Shown: positions 38,419 through 51,005 of the stretch, piece after piece
Numbering within the stretch: position 1 is the first letter of the stretch
Layout: each line of letters opens with the position of its first letter
Sequence record: MT612989.1
Direction: 5' to 3' (one strand)
Length of the DNA: 64,000 nt
Translations under genes and position numbers: made by a program
Notes under the pieces: model-generated
Told to the model about the DNA's origin: nothing
What the model saw: only the letters and a program-made list of their open reading frames with translations
Databases searched by the model: none

Positions 38419-40324
38419 AGAAGTATGATGGTTCATAGAAAACCCACATGTATGCAATGAATACCATTAATGACATAAAGAACAAAAACAAACATACAGC
38501 TATTCCGATTTCTGAATCGTCTGTTTCTGGTATCCACTCCATTGCTCCCGCTGTGAATAGAAGAAGAAACGCTTCTATCACAGTGAACAAGATCGGTGAC
38601 TTGATGATCGTGAAGTGAATCGCATCTAACATCACTCACCTCTTGTTGGTGCGAGATCTGGTAAATGGCTCATTACAGTTTCTTTTGACCATACCATACC
38701 ATATGCCTCGACATAATCCCACTCAACACCTTTCTTCATAGTGCCGTTTAGAATCGCGCTGTGTTCGATGTCGTCTGCAAGATCAGCCAAGAAGTGTTCT
38801 TCATGGAAGACCCAACCACAGTTGCAGAAAATATAACCTAAATGTTCTCGCTCGCCGTCTTCATGAACAGCGAAGAAATGTGCAGTACTAGGTGCGCTCA
38901 TATTAGCCTCCCATAGGCGTATAGAATAAGGCAACAAACGTCATGATGCCGTGAATAAATGATGAAAAGAATAACACAACGCAATTTCTAAACGTAATTG
39001 CGTGCATTATCACGAGTGTTAGAGCAACAATGAAACACATTGTGATGATTTCATTGTCGTTCATTAGATGGAAGATTAAATCTGGTACTTGGTTCATGTG
39101 ATACTCCTTTTTTAAGAGTATACACGAATCAAAACACTACATCAAGTATCTTCTTTCAAGTTTTTCACGTACTACATCAAAAACATTCATCATCGTTTCG
39201 AGGTGATAACGATCACGGGTCATAAAGCGACCTTCACTGTAGCGACTTTTCACAAGAGCAGCTTCGATATTTTCGATATCTTCATCACAATACTCAACCC
39301 ACCATAGTGCTTTGACTTTGTATTCGTCATCTACAAGATGGTGTGGGTAGTACAAATATAACTTCGATACATCACCATCGTAAATACGATCAGCTTCTTC
39401 TTGACGTAATCGTTCCATGATTTGATGGCGTTCACGATCAATGATAGCGTTTCTTAACGTCTGAGCAACCGCCATTGTATGACACTGAGCTAACCGATAA
39501 CGCTGTTCTTCGGTTAGCATCTTGCAATCACGCCAATAAGGTTCGACTTTATCAAATACGAAATGCAAATTCGTCATTTGCTCGTCAGTGCAGTGCTCGA
39601 AGTTCTCACGTAAGTCGAACTTTCGATATGTCATGCCCACGCCCCTCGAATCTTGTAAATGGTACCCGTGTTCGGGATTTCTGCATAATGGTCAACGTCG
39701 TACAAGTATAGTGCAGTTGCACCTTCTTGAATCGCGCCGTCCGCTAGTTCTTCAAGTACTTTCTCAAGCCACAAATTCGGTTTGCTCAAGAAGCTTCGCA
39801 TTTCCAATACTTGCTTTTCGACATCTTCTTGAACAGTGCCATTTAGTGGAGCTTTAGTTTGCGCATCGATCATGATGCACGGTGAGCCAACTAGATAAAC
39901 TGGTAACCCTTTAACAACCATCGCCAATCCAACCTTTTGTTTTTAGTTGCTCGTAACCGTTTAGCATGACTTGACAATCAACGCTGTTACGGTCGAGATC
40001 GTGAATGAATGCAAGCTGCAATGCTTTGTCTAATGCTTGCGGTAGTGCGTTATCAAAGACAACTGCTACAACGTCAGTATCTGGAAAACGCTTCGTGAAT
40101 TCACCTGTTGTCTTGAAAACGGCGTTTACAGCGTCTTTCACTTCGTCCCATGTGCTATCGTCGATAACACCAAGGCAATTATCTGCATCAACCAAGAACG
40201 TGGTATTTGCTTTGTAGTACTTGCCGTTGAATTTGATTTCACCTTCTTGTGGGATATATTCAAGCCCGTTGTGAAATTCTTCAACTTCTTTGCCGTTGTA
40301 GCCGTTGAATATGATTTGTCTCAT
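38417..40324 (-). other. Hypothetical CDS run (38417..38635 TM, 38632..38937, 38903..39097 TM, 39137..39640, 39631..39927, 39911..40324)
   Basis: Tiled ORFs. Confidence 0.6.
39101..39145 (-). promoter_or_regulatory. Promoter TTGATG-17-TATACT with an SD-occluding hairpin
   Basis: ATACTC/GAGTAT stem (39101-39121) overlaps both the -10 and the AAGGAG SD of 38903..39097. Confidence 0.5.
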
Positions 40325-40995
40325 GAATTCACCTCAATGTATTCGTTTTTCATGCCTTCTTTATGCCAAATTGCAATTGCATACGCAGCGTTTGCCAAGA
40401 AAATGCAGTACTCAGCGGCAACTACAATTACACCTTGTGTGCTGTAGTTCACAATGCATACCACGTTAACTGCAACCCAGTACCACCATGCTTCGACTTT
40501 ACGCTGAATCATTAACATGAACGCCATGATACTTGCTACTGTCGTGAAAGCGTCTTGTACCGCAAGTTCAGCAGGAATATGTACGTAATCGGTAACGAGT
40601 AGTGAACCACTGAAGTACATAATCGGGTCGATGAAGTAAGCTAGTGCAGCAGTACCGAATAACGTCGCGACAATTGAACCAACGAATTTTCGCATTTTCA
40701 AATATCTGATCTTGACTTCGTTCTCACCTTGTTTGTTCCATTGATAGAAGCCGAAGATCGACATTGCAATGAAGAATCCCTGCAAGAGCACGTCACTGTA
40801 CAACTGAATCTGGAAGAACAGTATTGCAAACCCGATACAGTTGACAATACCGACTGTGAAGTTGTGCTTCATGTTCATTCTCGCCATGATAACACAGATT
40901 AAACCTGTAAGTGTCGCCCATAGTTCTAGACCAGACACTGCATAATCACCGATAGAAAACACAGTGTGGTTAATGTTAAACAATAAATCAAACAT
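40321..40995 (-). CDS. pnuC: Nicotinamide riboside transporter PnuC
   Basis: LE.WAT.TG..CV, QIQLYSD..LQ, G..QW, DAFTT..S, ..RK.E.W..W..VN. Confidence 0.92.
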   Translation of the reverse strand: MFDLLFNINHTVFSIGDYAVSGLELWATLTGLICVIMARMNMKHNFTVGIVNCIGFAILFFQIQLYSDVLLQGFFIAMSIFGFYQWNKQGENEVKIRYLKMRKFVGSIVATLFGTAALAYFIDPIMYFSGSLLVTDYVHIPAELAVQDAFTTVASIMAFMLMIQRKVEAWWYWVAVNVVCIVNYSTQGVIVVAAEYCIFLANAAYAIAIWHKEGMKNEYIEVNS

Positions 40996-41019
40996 AATAT
41001 ATTTCTCTCAAAGTAGTTG

Positions 41020-41956
41020 TTAGCGACGTAGGCGATTTATTTTGCTGAAGATATCTTGCCCAAACACGAGCTGCATTATTTCTTCATACGCCCATTGCGT
41101 GTCTATTTCTCGATCTTTTAATTCATCTTCGAGGTAAGATTGAGCTAGGCTAGTAAGTCGTGCTTCTACATCTTGAACTGGTGTATTGCCAAGAACTACT
41201 TGAATACTATCACGTAGTTCTCGTTCAGCTTCGCGACGTTGCAGTTCTTCACGCAGTTCGTTCTCGCTGTAATCTGTTAAACTCATTTTTTAATAAACCC
41301 TGTAATAAATCGGACAATGAATGGGATGGCAATCATAAACCATATGACGGCGCTTTGCTCTAACAGCCACAAGCTGATTAATGTTACTATGAATCCCACA
41401 ATCAAGTCAAACATTAAGTACGCGACGACGTGATCATCATTGTGCATAAACCCATTTGTGGCCCATTCATACTTGAATTCTTGATAAGCTCTAGCCCAAT
41501 CTACGAACGGAATTTCACTGCGAAACATGTAGTTTATCAATGTCCCGCCCACAGAAAGTACAATAGGGGTGGCTAAGTTAATCAGCCACATCAGGATCAG
41601 TATTGCGCCGACCGTTTTTATTAACATTTTTTCACCTTAATAACGATGATTCGAATTAGAATCAGAATGAGTATGATAAATGCGATTACAGGAAACGCAA
41701 CGCTCAGTAACCATAACAAGCCCAATATAACAACGTCAAACACCATGAATGTAAACGCCCAGAACGCCATATCGTCTTTATCTTTAGTAATTTCATGCAT
41801 CATTTTATTGGTGAATATGTGACGATATTTGAAAAGTTGCAGCTTATCAAGATATCGATTAAACTCGATGTCCATCATAAACACACACTTCATGATTATT
41901 GTAACTAACAAAGTTGCAACAACAATAGCGATATTAGAAATCCAGATTATACCCAT
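41020..41956 (-). other. Three small CDS between nadR and pnuC (41020..41286; membrane proteins 41283..41627 and 41621..41956)
   Basis: Tiled ORFs, the two larger with multiple TM segments. Confidence 0.65.
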
Positions 41957-42927
41957 TTTACTTTATCTCTCAGTAATGAAACATGACTTGCTGTTTCGTG
42001 TAAACGTTCTTCCCAATTGTTACCTTTCTGAACAATCAAGAATGGTTTGTTCAATCGAAGAAGCATAGATTTAGCAAGTTCAAACCAACGTTCGCGATCT
42101 TCTTGTGACTGTGTACGAGTCCCGTCTTGAACAAATTCGCAGTTTGGTCGAAACAGTACGTAAGCATCAATGCTTTCAAATGCAGCTAATGCATTAAGAA
42201 GAACCGATGATTGATTGAATTGAAACTGACTGTAAACAGCCGATGTAACGGCTGAAGAATCAACGATTACAGTGTCACTTTCTTTACCAGTCGCTTCAAT
42301 TCGTGCAGTTTGTGCAATCGCGAACTCTAGTACGTCGTGTTCAGTGTAGTGATTGTCACTCATGATATCGCGTGCTGCTTCAAGTACAAGTTCATAACCG
42401 TTAGCGGCTGCGATTGATGCTGCGTTCCAAGACTTACCACAAGACTCGGGACCGATGAATGCAATTCTCTTTACACGATCTTGCTGTGCGCTCGGGCTGT
42501 AGAACTCGTGTGAATCGTTCTCGCGAACCGAAGTACTTGAGCAAGGTGTGATTTCACGCGCTTCATCGTAGATGATTCCATCGAAGTTACCGTACTCAGC
42601 ACAGTAATTGATGTATTGCTCAGAACCAACGAATGCATCAATCTCTGGGAAATGCTCGTCGATGTACTCAGCCCATTGCTTTGATACTTCGCGATCTGAT
42701 TCAGATTTATTAGATAGACCTTCATCGCTCGGGCAGATCACTTTGATGCAGATACGATTACCGAAATCTTGATGCATCCATTTCATGCGTGTTTCGACAT
42801 CAATCGGGTCAGTGTTTTCAGTGCAAAGCAAAACAGTTACTTTGTCTGCAAGCGATAGCGCGAACTTAATCAGCTTGAAATGACCTTGATGATAGTTATT
42901 AAACTTTCCAATTACACCTGCGTGCAT
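41947..42927 (-). CDS. nadR: NadR-like NMN adenylyltransferase / ribosylnicotinamide kinase (no HTH)
   Basis: GKF...HQGH nucleotidyltransferase motif, R..W, SST..R, GPESCGKS P-loop, F.QDG.R. Confidence 0.9.
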   Translation of the reverse strand: MHAGVIGKFNNYHQGHFKLIKFALSLADKVTVLLCTENTDPIDVETRMKWMHQDFGNRICIKVICPSDEGLSNKSESDREVSKQWAEYIDEHFPEIDAFVGSEQYINYCAEYGNFDGIIYDEAREITPCSSTSVRENDSHEFYSPSAQQDRVKRIAFIGPESCGKSWNAASIAAANGYELVLEAARDIMSDNHYTEHDVLEFAIAQTARIEATGKESDTVIVDSSAVTSAVYSQFQFNQSSVLLNALAAFESIDAYVLFRPNCEFVQDGTRTQSQEDRERWFELAKSMLLRLNKPFLIVQKGNNWEERLHETASHVSLLRDKVKWV

Positions 42928-44155
42928 ACTTTATTCTCCAATTCGCTAAGATGGTCAAGAAACTCACCGTATGATTTGATGTCGTTCTCTTTGAAATAAT
43001 CAAGCATATGAAACGCTTGAGCGTCTTTGTCGTACGTGTGAATCAACTGATCTTGATAAAACACGCCATTCGTTGGTACGATTTGTAGCTTTTTCATGTC
43101 CATTCTGGTGAATGGCTTCACTGCCCAACAGTCAAGTTCAGCTTTTCGCTTGAGCACTTGAGACTGAACGCGAGTCATAACATTTGCTAAATGTTCTAAA
43201 CGGCGCTGTTCATACGGTTTTGCTTTGAGTAACTGAATTGCTGTTTCTAGCAAGTCGATGTCCGTCGGCAAGCCTTTTAGTTCGTTATCGTTCATTTGAA
43301 TACTCGCTTGTTCGCTTCTTCAACTGTGTTGCTTTTGTGATCAACTACATGTTCGTTTGCGTAAACTTTTTCACCGCGCTTAACTTTACCGTTGAACGAT
43401 ACACCTCGTTGAACTTTACCGTTTTTACCAACGCGATATTCAGTTTCGTCATTGAAACGCAAGAAAACCAACAAGCCTTTTTCGTGCTTCGTCGCGTTTT
43501 CGTATACTACTTTCATAATTCTCTTCCTCTAATTCTTCCCTGACTTTATCGACTGCTTTGCTAAACTCGTCGAATCCCATTGGTGATAAGTCGTTAAGGG
43601 ATAGCGTGAACTGCATACCATCCCTTTTATATTAGAAGCTGCGCGAGACCGCAACTAATAAATTGTAAGTGAACATCACGATTGAACGTGAAACTCGCCA
43701 GATTTGTACTCGTGTTTTAAAGCTCATATCTATTCCCTCGATTACTTGTTATCATATTTGTCAAAGCATGGCATCCATGAGTAACATACAGAAGACCTTA
43801 CCGTATAACCGTTACGACCTTTGCGTGTTTCAACACGATCTTCGTATACGCGACGCTCTAGAAAGATTTTGTCGCCGACGTATATCATATCATCACCTGG
43901 GTAATCTGTCACGCGAATTCTACCAAGATTGTATTTGTCAGTTCTAACTAAACAATCTATTGAATGCTTTCGACTATCACATGATGATACTGACACGACT
44001 TTACCGTAATCAGTAGTCAGCGTTCTTAGAACTGTGTCAGACTTCGATAACGAAGAGTAAGTCAGACACGCGATAAATGCAATCCCGATTACGCACGCTG
44101 CAATTAATAAATTCAAAACCCATTTCAAATCGTTGTCGATGCTTGTGTTTTTCAT
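42912..44155 (-). other. Hypothetical CDS run (42912..43295, 43292..43516, small ORFs at 43520-43740, TM-anchored 43742..44155)
   Basis: Tiled ORFs behind promoter TTGCAT-16-TATAAT at 44184-44211. Confidence 0.6.
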
Positions 44156-44409
44156 AATGATTCTCTCTTCAGTTGATGAGTTCATTATACGTATCTGTTT
44201 GGACAATGCAACCACTTTTTTACATATTCCACACACCAATATCTTCAGGCATCAATCCGTTCTCGACTGCTTTGTGATAATAGTTCTCGTGCTTGACAAT
44301 ACCACGCTGTAGATAATGACGATTCGCTTTGATGAACTGATCGGCAGCTTCTATGCTGTCTTCATGCGGGTGTTTGAGTTCAAACGGCGCACCGTTGTCA
44401 ATAAGCAAG

Positions 44410-45200
44410 TTACATAGTTCGATCTGCTTGTCGGTTGCTTTCATGATTGATTTTCTCGTAGTTGCGATAGATATGACGCTTTTTCATCTTCCACTGATAT
44501 TGCTCGCCGTCGTCGTTATACGCCTTATTGTCTATCATTTTGTAAATGTAACGAACGTCGTCGCCGTCTTTGCTGATTTCAGTGATTTCGATCATCGTTA
44601 CTTCGTCGGGGTCGCTTGCAAATTCTGATACCTTGACAGTTTGATAAACATCACCGACTTTAATATCAGGTTTGAGCATCGAATATCCCGTCATGTGGAT
44701 CATGAAGAAAATAAGAATGCCAATCCATGTAGTTACAATTAAACCTACGAATCTCGGGGCGGTCATTTAGTTTTCTCCGTTGTAGTATTGATGTCAACGC
44801 TGTCTTCATGGACATAAGAATACTTTAGCGCCGTAAACGACATTTCTTTCTCAGGTAGCGCATCCAATCCAATGTACTTGTAACGTATTCTCTCAGCATT
44901 GTAATTCACGTCAGTTACAACAATGCCAAAATCAACACTCTGACTGCGCTCCCATCCCACATCGTTTAGAAGATAATAACGGTCACCGATTTCAATCTTG
45001 TTTGGCAGTAGCCCGAAGCAAGCTGACAATGCGATACCTGCTATAGTCACGAAGAACCAAATCATAATAATTTTGAGTATTTTCTTATCTTCTTTTTCTT
45101 CAGTTACTTTACAGCGTGTCTTACGAATCGGTGGCTTTTCTGGCACTTTAAAATCAGAACGCTCGTATAATTCATCTTGTTGAAACTGTGCTATTGTCAT
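44410..45200 (-). CDS. Two TM-anchored paralogs with SH3/KOW-like domain (44410..44766, 44763..45200); third copy at 45626..45895
   Basis: Shared P.(I)..G.(R/V)Y ... I.(I/V)..(I/V)...G..(I/V)(R/Q)Y pattern. Confidence 0.55.
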
Positions 45201-45210
45201 GATACTTTCC

Positions 45211-45633
45211 TCAGTTTAATGTTAATGCTTCAGATTTCGCGGCGTCAAAGTTGCTGCGCTTGACTAATCGCGCCATATTCAAATACATGTCTTCTGGTCG
45301 CGGTGTCCAATAATTCCAATACGGCGTGTCAACGAACGTACGTTCAATCCATTCGCATATATCATCGAACTGTTCAACGTTGATATTCACACCACGATGT
45401 AATAACTCTTCGCAAAGGTCACGATAACGAACGTAAAGATAATGCAACTTATCAAAAAAGAACGTTTCGTGACCTGTACCAAGCACATAATGCTCAGGAA
45501 TGACCACATTACCCATTGTATGCGCTTGTATGCGCTTCTCCACCTTGTTGAAGGGACGAGTTATCTCTTTGTACTCTGCAAGTAAATGCTTGTCTGAGAG
45601 CGTTTCAACCGGCATACAATTGATTCTAGTCAT
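45211..45633 (-). CDS. denV: Pyrimidine dimer DNA glycosylase / endonuclease V
   Basis: MTRIN (N-terminal Thr nucleophile), L.DKHL.AEY.E..R, Y.LGTGH..FF.DKL.YL..RY..L..E...RG; start at 45633. Confidence 0.92.
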   Translation of the reverse strand: MTRINCMPVETLSDKHLLAEYKEITRPFNKVEKRIQAHTMGNVVIPEHYVLGTGHETFFFDKLHYLYVRYRDLCEELLHRGVNINVEQFDDICEWIERTFVDTPYWNYWTPRPEDMYLNMARLVKRSNFDAAKSEALTLN

Positions 45634-46465
45634 TATGTTTCTCGAAATAGTTATAAAGGTGATGTGTTGACATTTCGTATGTAGTTCTAGACGATATCGA
45701 ATGGTCTTTGCCCTCGATGCACACCCAATCATATTGTATGTGCTTACCGTCTTTCGATACATTCACGACTTCGATTATATTCGCTCCGACGCTCGTGTCA
45801 ACCCAATCTTTGTCAATTTGAAGATATCTTTCACCTATTTCAGGTGGTGTAATCGTCGGGAAAAGAAATTCTTTGATTTTAACTAGTAGTTTCATGCTGT
45901 CTCCAATTTCTCAAGTTCTTGTTTGAACTGTTGCTTGTACTCGTCAGAAGAACCATACATAGGCCACCCATTTTCAAGACCAAGCTCGTTTGCAATAAGA
46001 TCGAATACGACATCACGATCAGCGGTGTCAAGTGACTTGCAATCGTGTGTGTAAAACGTTGCCCAATATTCTTGCTCACACGCACTAGCGACTTTCTCTG
46101 CGATTACAGATGGCAGTACGCGATCTGTATAGCTCGTGAACTCACTATTAACTGCTTTTAAAAGACTAACCATGTTACACCTCTAGTACTTCACGTGAAA
46201 AACCAACACAACCCGGGATATCACGCCAATCAAAGTTCAAGTAAGATTCAGCACACTTACTCATTGCAGGACGATTCGCTGCTTTGCGGTCTAAATGACG
46301 CTCTGCAATCGAACAGATAGAAGACATAGCAATAGACACTTCTTGATCTTGCTGTGCGCGATATGCAGCGCGAAGCTTCTCAACATTACCTTTTGTAATC
46401 TTGTCTGATTTCAATGTAGCAACTAGATTCATGCAAGCTTTGATTGTTTCAGTTGTGTAGTTCAT
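45626..46465 (-). other. Hypothetical CDS (45626..45895, 45892..46173, 46175..46465)
   Basis: Tiled ORFs behind cassette 46466-46537. Confidence 0.65.
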
Positions 46466-46537
46466 AATGTTCTCTCTGTATCTCGTTTCGATGTAGCTAT
46501 AATACGCAAAAAGGGTCGCCGAAGCAACCCTTTTTTT
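46466..46537 (-). promoter_or_regulatory. Terminator-promoter fusion cassette (GGG-TTGCTT-CGGCGACCC-TTTTT-GCG-TATTAT-AGCTACATCGAAACGAGATACAGAGAGAACATT-ATG)
   Basis: UUCG hairpin 46513-46530, -35 at 46522-46527, -10 at 46499-46504. Confidence 0.85.
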
Positions 46538-46539
46538 AG

Positions 46540-47603
46540 TTAAATTTGTAATTCACTGAAAATGTATTTCTGCATGAGACGTTTAAGCTCTTTTTTCTCT
46601 TGAGTTTCGTTTTCTTTCTGTTCGCGCTCTTGTTCAAGTTTCATTTTCTTGTCTCGTTGCGTCGCCTCGTCAATGTAACCTTGAATCGTTTTTACAGTGC
46701 TTTCAGCGTCCCAGAAGTCTTGAATGTTATGAGAGTACGTAATCACACCCTCATCACCACCCGCGTACATTTCATCAAAGCGAATACAGACATCACCATC
46801 TTCGTCTAACACTACGCTTGTCAGCGTGAATTCAGAGCAGTCGAATTGTTCAAATTCCGACAAATTGTATTTGATGCGATTTGCAAACTCAGTCGCGTTG
46901 TGAAGAACATTTTGAACTTTATTCTGGAAGAACGTCATCGTTTCTTCGCGTTCTTCGTCAGTTGTCTGACCCATTTCAAGTAGATGTTTAGCACGCGCAA
47001 TAGCTTTCTTGTCAGGACAGTCGTTGGTTTGAATTGAGATTGCATTATCGGACTTATGATAATGATGCAACTCATCAACACTAAACCAATACACGTAGAC
47101 GTAATTTTCGTCATCTTCGTGTGCGAGTAAACCAATGTCGCCAGTAGGGATGTGACTTGAGTTGCGACCTTCTTCTTTCAATACGTATTTCATGTTGACC
47201 TCTATTGGTATTTTTCAGAAAGACGTTTTAACTCAGCGCGTTCTCGCGCTTCAATTGCGGCTTTCTCATCTTCTTTTTTCTTTTCGTTTCGCGCTTCGCG
47301 TTCAAGCTTTCTTTTTTCTGCTTGTTCGATGTATGAAGCAATCTCTGCGTCTGTCGATTCAGCGGTAAAGAAATCACCTATATCGTGCGTGTAACCGATG
47401 TCGTCAAACACTTCACCACGGAAACGATCTTCAAATAGAACACAGATATCACCTTCTTCGTCGATTGTAGCACTGACAAATCGCATAGAACCATGAATCT
47501 TTCGGTTTTCATAATCACTCAAATAAGGGTGAATCGCGTTCGCGTAACGTTCAGCGTTTTCTAAAATTTCTTCGCACTTTGCTCGGTATTCTTCTAAATT
47601 CAT
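46540..47603 (-). CDS. Tandem paralog pair (46540..47193, 47202..47603)
   Basis: Shared DE.GD.C..F, Y.H.I.DF..AEST...I..YI..A, E..ELKRL..KY. Confidence 0.75.
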
Positions 47604-47604
47604 G

Positions 47605-50600
47605 TTAACCTCGAATTAACGGAAAGTCATCTTTCCATAGTGTTAGATAAGAATTGCATTGTCCAACCCCACCGCCCGAACCACAGTTAACACCTGGTAT
47701 GTGTCCTAGATACTTGCGATACAAATCAAACGATTTTCTACTACCTTGTTGTTCCCAATGACAACGAATATTGCAAGCTAGACCGCGCTTAATATCTTCG
47801 TTGTTTTCTGACCACATCGAGCAAGTATTCTCACCAACTGGCGCACTGTGTGTCATACGCGCTTCGATAAATGGCTTGTGTTGAGTACTGAAAAGACAAT
47901 ATTCCCATCTGACATTCATCATTCGCGGTGTTTTACGCTCTTCACCGTAGTAGTGTAACACGTGAATCGCTTCGATGATCATGTCTTCTTCATCTTGAAT
48001 GATTTCAAACAAGTGCTTGAACGAACATGCACGCAATCGAATCGTGTCGAGATACTTGCTTGCTTGTGCTTGCTGAATTGCTTTAACTTTTAAAAACGTG
48101 TCGTGTTGACGACAACGCTTTTCATGAGCTGCAACTTCACCTTGTAATATGCTTTGAAAATCGCAGTAGTCGCATACGTGTACTGTCATTTGATGCATTT
48201 GATATCTCCGTGTTCAATTTTTTCCCAGCCGCCAGTGATTTCATCTGGGTCAATACCGCGACTACTAAGTTCTGCAATCATGTAATCTTTGAAATCGTGA
48301 CCACTCATGTGATTCTCGGGTGCTTCGAACCAATAAATCACTTTACCGAAATTAGTACGCCAGTATTTCTCTGCGTTAGTCAGTTCACAGTAACGCTTAA
48401 CACCACCGCCACCACCATTCACGTGACTTAGAGAATCAAACCATCTTGCCTCTTCGTCTAGTTGTTCATCGCCCGCATCGAATTCAATTGGCTCTGGTTT
48501 ATACGGCATACCGTATCTGATACAGAGATAAGTGCCGCTTTCACGCGGCAATCTTTCTCTTACGTCTATTGGTTGCATTATGCACCCTTCTGCAAGTCGC
48601 GAATTTGAACCCCGTGGTCGTCGAGAACACCAAGATGATTTTTCACAACATAGTTTACATTCTTTTCGTATGTGTTCGCGTGACTGCTCAAGATCTTTTT
48701 CGCTGCGTCTGTCTTAGCTTCGTGAATGTATTGAAGTACTGTCGCTTTTCCAACCTCAATTGAAGTGAACTTCTTATGACGGTACGACTTATCGACAATC
48801 ATTTCAGCGATACATTGTTCGATTAATGCAATGATACCGGTTTTCGGGACTGCTTTGCGACCATCTTTATATGGCACAGATACGATGCCTAGTTTGTCTG
48901 CTTCTTTACGACATAGGTAGCGAAAAACAGAAACATTTTCTACTAAGTTTTTCTTACCGACATATCGAGACAACAACCCTTTCTCTACACCTTCTCGCAG
49001 TTCATCATGAACTCGGCGGCGAATTGAGTCGATGTAAAACGGATCCAATGAGTCGTCATAACGATCTTGTGCAATCTCATATGTGCTAAGATTGTATACG
49101 CCTTTAAATGAAAGTGCTAAATTTACTGCTTGGTTCATAATATTTCTCTCAGAATTTTGAATTGTGAAGATTAACGGTTGTTTACGAATTTTGCGATATC
49201 TTCAATGGTCAGACCATTTTCTGACATATTATTGACAACGCATTCAAGTGCTTTGCATTTATCGTGTTGTTCAACAATTTCTTCTGCTTGTCGAACTGTT
49301 GTACACGATTCACCGCTTAATTTTGATACTAATTTTACAAACTTTTCGTCTGAACGTTTTCGACCCTCTATAACTTTTGACATTTCATCCATTGTTACGT
49401 CGCCGCGATTGACTGCGATTTGCGAGCCTAATGGCGTGTTAAGTCGAAGATCTTGACTCTCAACTGAGTTTATTTTGCTCGTCTTGCAGTTTTTTCTCTT
49501 TTCTCGATTTTTGATCTGTTCGATTCGCTTTTCTTCTTTATAACGACGGTGTAACTCAAGTGCTTCTTCGTAATGTTCTTTGATGCAGTAGTAGCAATTC
49601 TCAACCGTATCGCCAGTCATTTCTACAAATTCATCAAATGTGATCGGAGTATACTTGCTTATATACTTCTTAGTAACGATTTTAATCTTAGTGGCACTTC
49701 CATCAGTATAGTTCAGAAAGTATTGAGATGGTGTTAAGTGAGCAGCTACAAAAAAAAGCCCGTTACAAGTGAAGATTTTCACGTCTTTAATATCATTGAT
49801 GTTCATAATATGTCCTTAAAATGTATCATATAGTGTTGTAATCAGTTCGAAAGATTCTAGCTCATGAACTTCGTACGTGTCAAGAACTAATTCAGCATGT
49901 GAGAGTTTTTGTACTTCACACTTGTTATCTCGATGAGATTTCACAATGAAATCTTCACCGTTAATACGTCTGATTTGATTTACCATTTTATCTGCCTTTT
50001 AGCTTGTTTACAACCATTATGAATAACTTTTCTACAGCAATTGCCGACCCAATCACAATTATAAAGATTGAAATAAAGGGCCATAACATACCAATCACTA
50101 GAACACGTTGAGCAAAATCACTCGTTGTCTTCTCTTTGTTGTTTTTAACTTCGTAGTAAATGTAATACGCGATAATCAACAACATAACACCGAAGTACGA
50201 ACCGAAGTATACGATAGCTGTAATATCAGACATTTATCACCTCCCAATACTTCTTGTAATTCTCTTGAAAGTGTGTCAGTGCATCATCGTATGTCTCACC
50301 GTCGAAATCAACATCTGCCGCTTTGACAAAACACAGACGCTTGACCATACCCGGCTTACCGCACGGGTAGAACAAGTCTAATTCGTCATTGAACATGCGA
50401 ACATCAGTAATGTTATCGCGAAGTTCTTCAGCAGTGTTAATAGGGATTCTGTCGTATACAACTCGCGATTTAATTAACGCTAACATGCTGTGCCTCACCT
50501 TGATAATGCTCTAATGATACGCTCGTATGATCTGCAAGCGAAATTAAACCTTTCTTGAGTAAAGCACGACACGTAATCGTCATCGGCAATACACACGGTC

Positions 50601-51005
50601 TGTTTTGCTGCTCATGAAAGCATAGCTTGTTATTGCTAGTGTAAGCGTATGCAATCATCGTGCCGTTGCGTAGACCTTCTAGAATACGCTCTTGTTGTCT
50701 TGTCATAGTCCCAACGCCCATCGCTCTTCTTTGCTCAGTTTCGCTAACGCAGCTTGCTTTAGACTCTCTCTATGCGCGGCTGTGCTTTCGTCAAGTGATT
50801 CGTACACTGTGATTTCTTTAACATCCCAATCAGGATACGCTTCATTTCGCCAGTCGCCTTTTGCAGGCTTGCGACCCATGACACCAGTCTTACCTTTAGT
50901 ACAAGCCCATGCATCATCTTCGTTTGTGAAATACGCGGTTGGTTTCATCATACCGCGACCTTCAGTCATGTCAGTTTGATAGCGTACAACATAAATCTTT
51001 TGCAT
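47605..51005 (-). other. Hypothetical CDS run (47605..48198 CxxC, 48186..48578, 48578..49138, 49171..49806, 49988..50233 TM, 50226..50498, 50470..50721, 50703..51005)
   Basis: Tiled ORFs. Confidence 0.6.

Noticed and set aside
43516-43742. Possible tRNA/ncRNA in the apparent gap
   Set aside because: No cloverleaf, TTC-G/A T-loop or CCA end; the gap can be filled by short minus-strand ORFs below the track cut-off.
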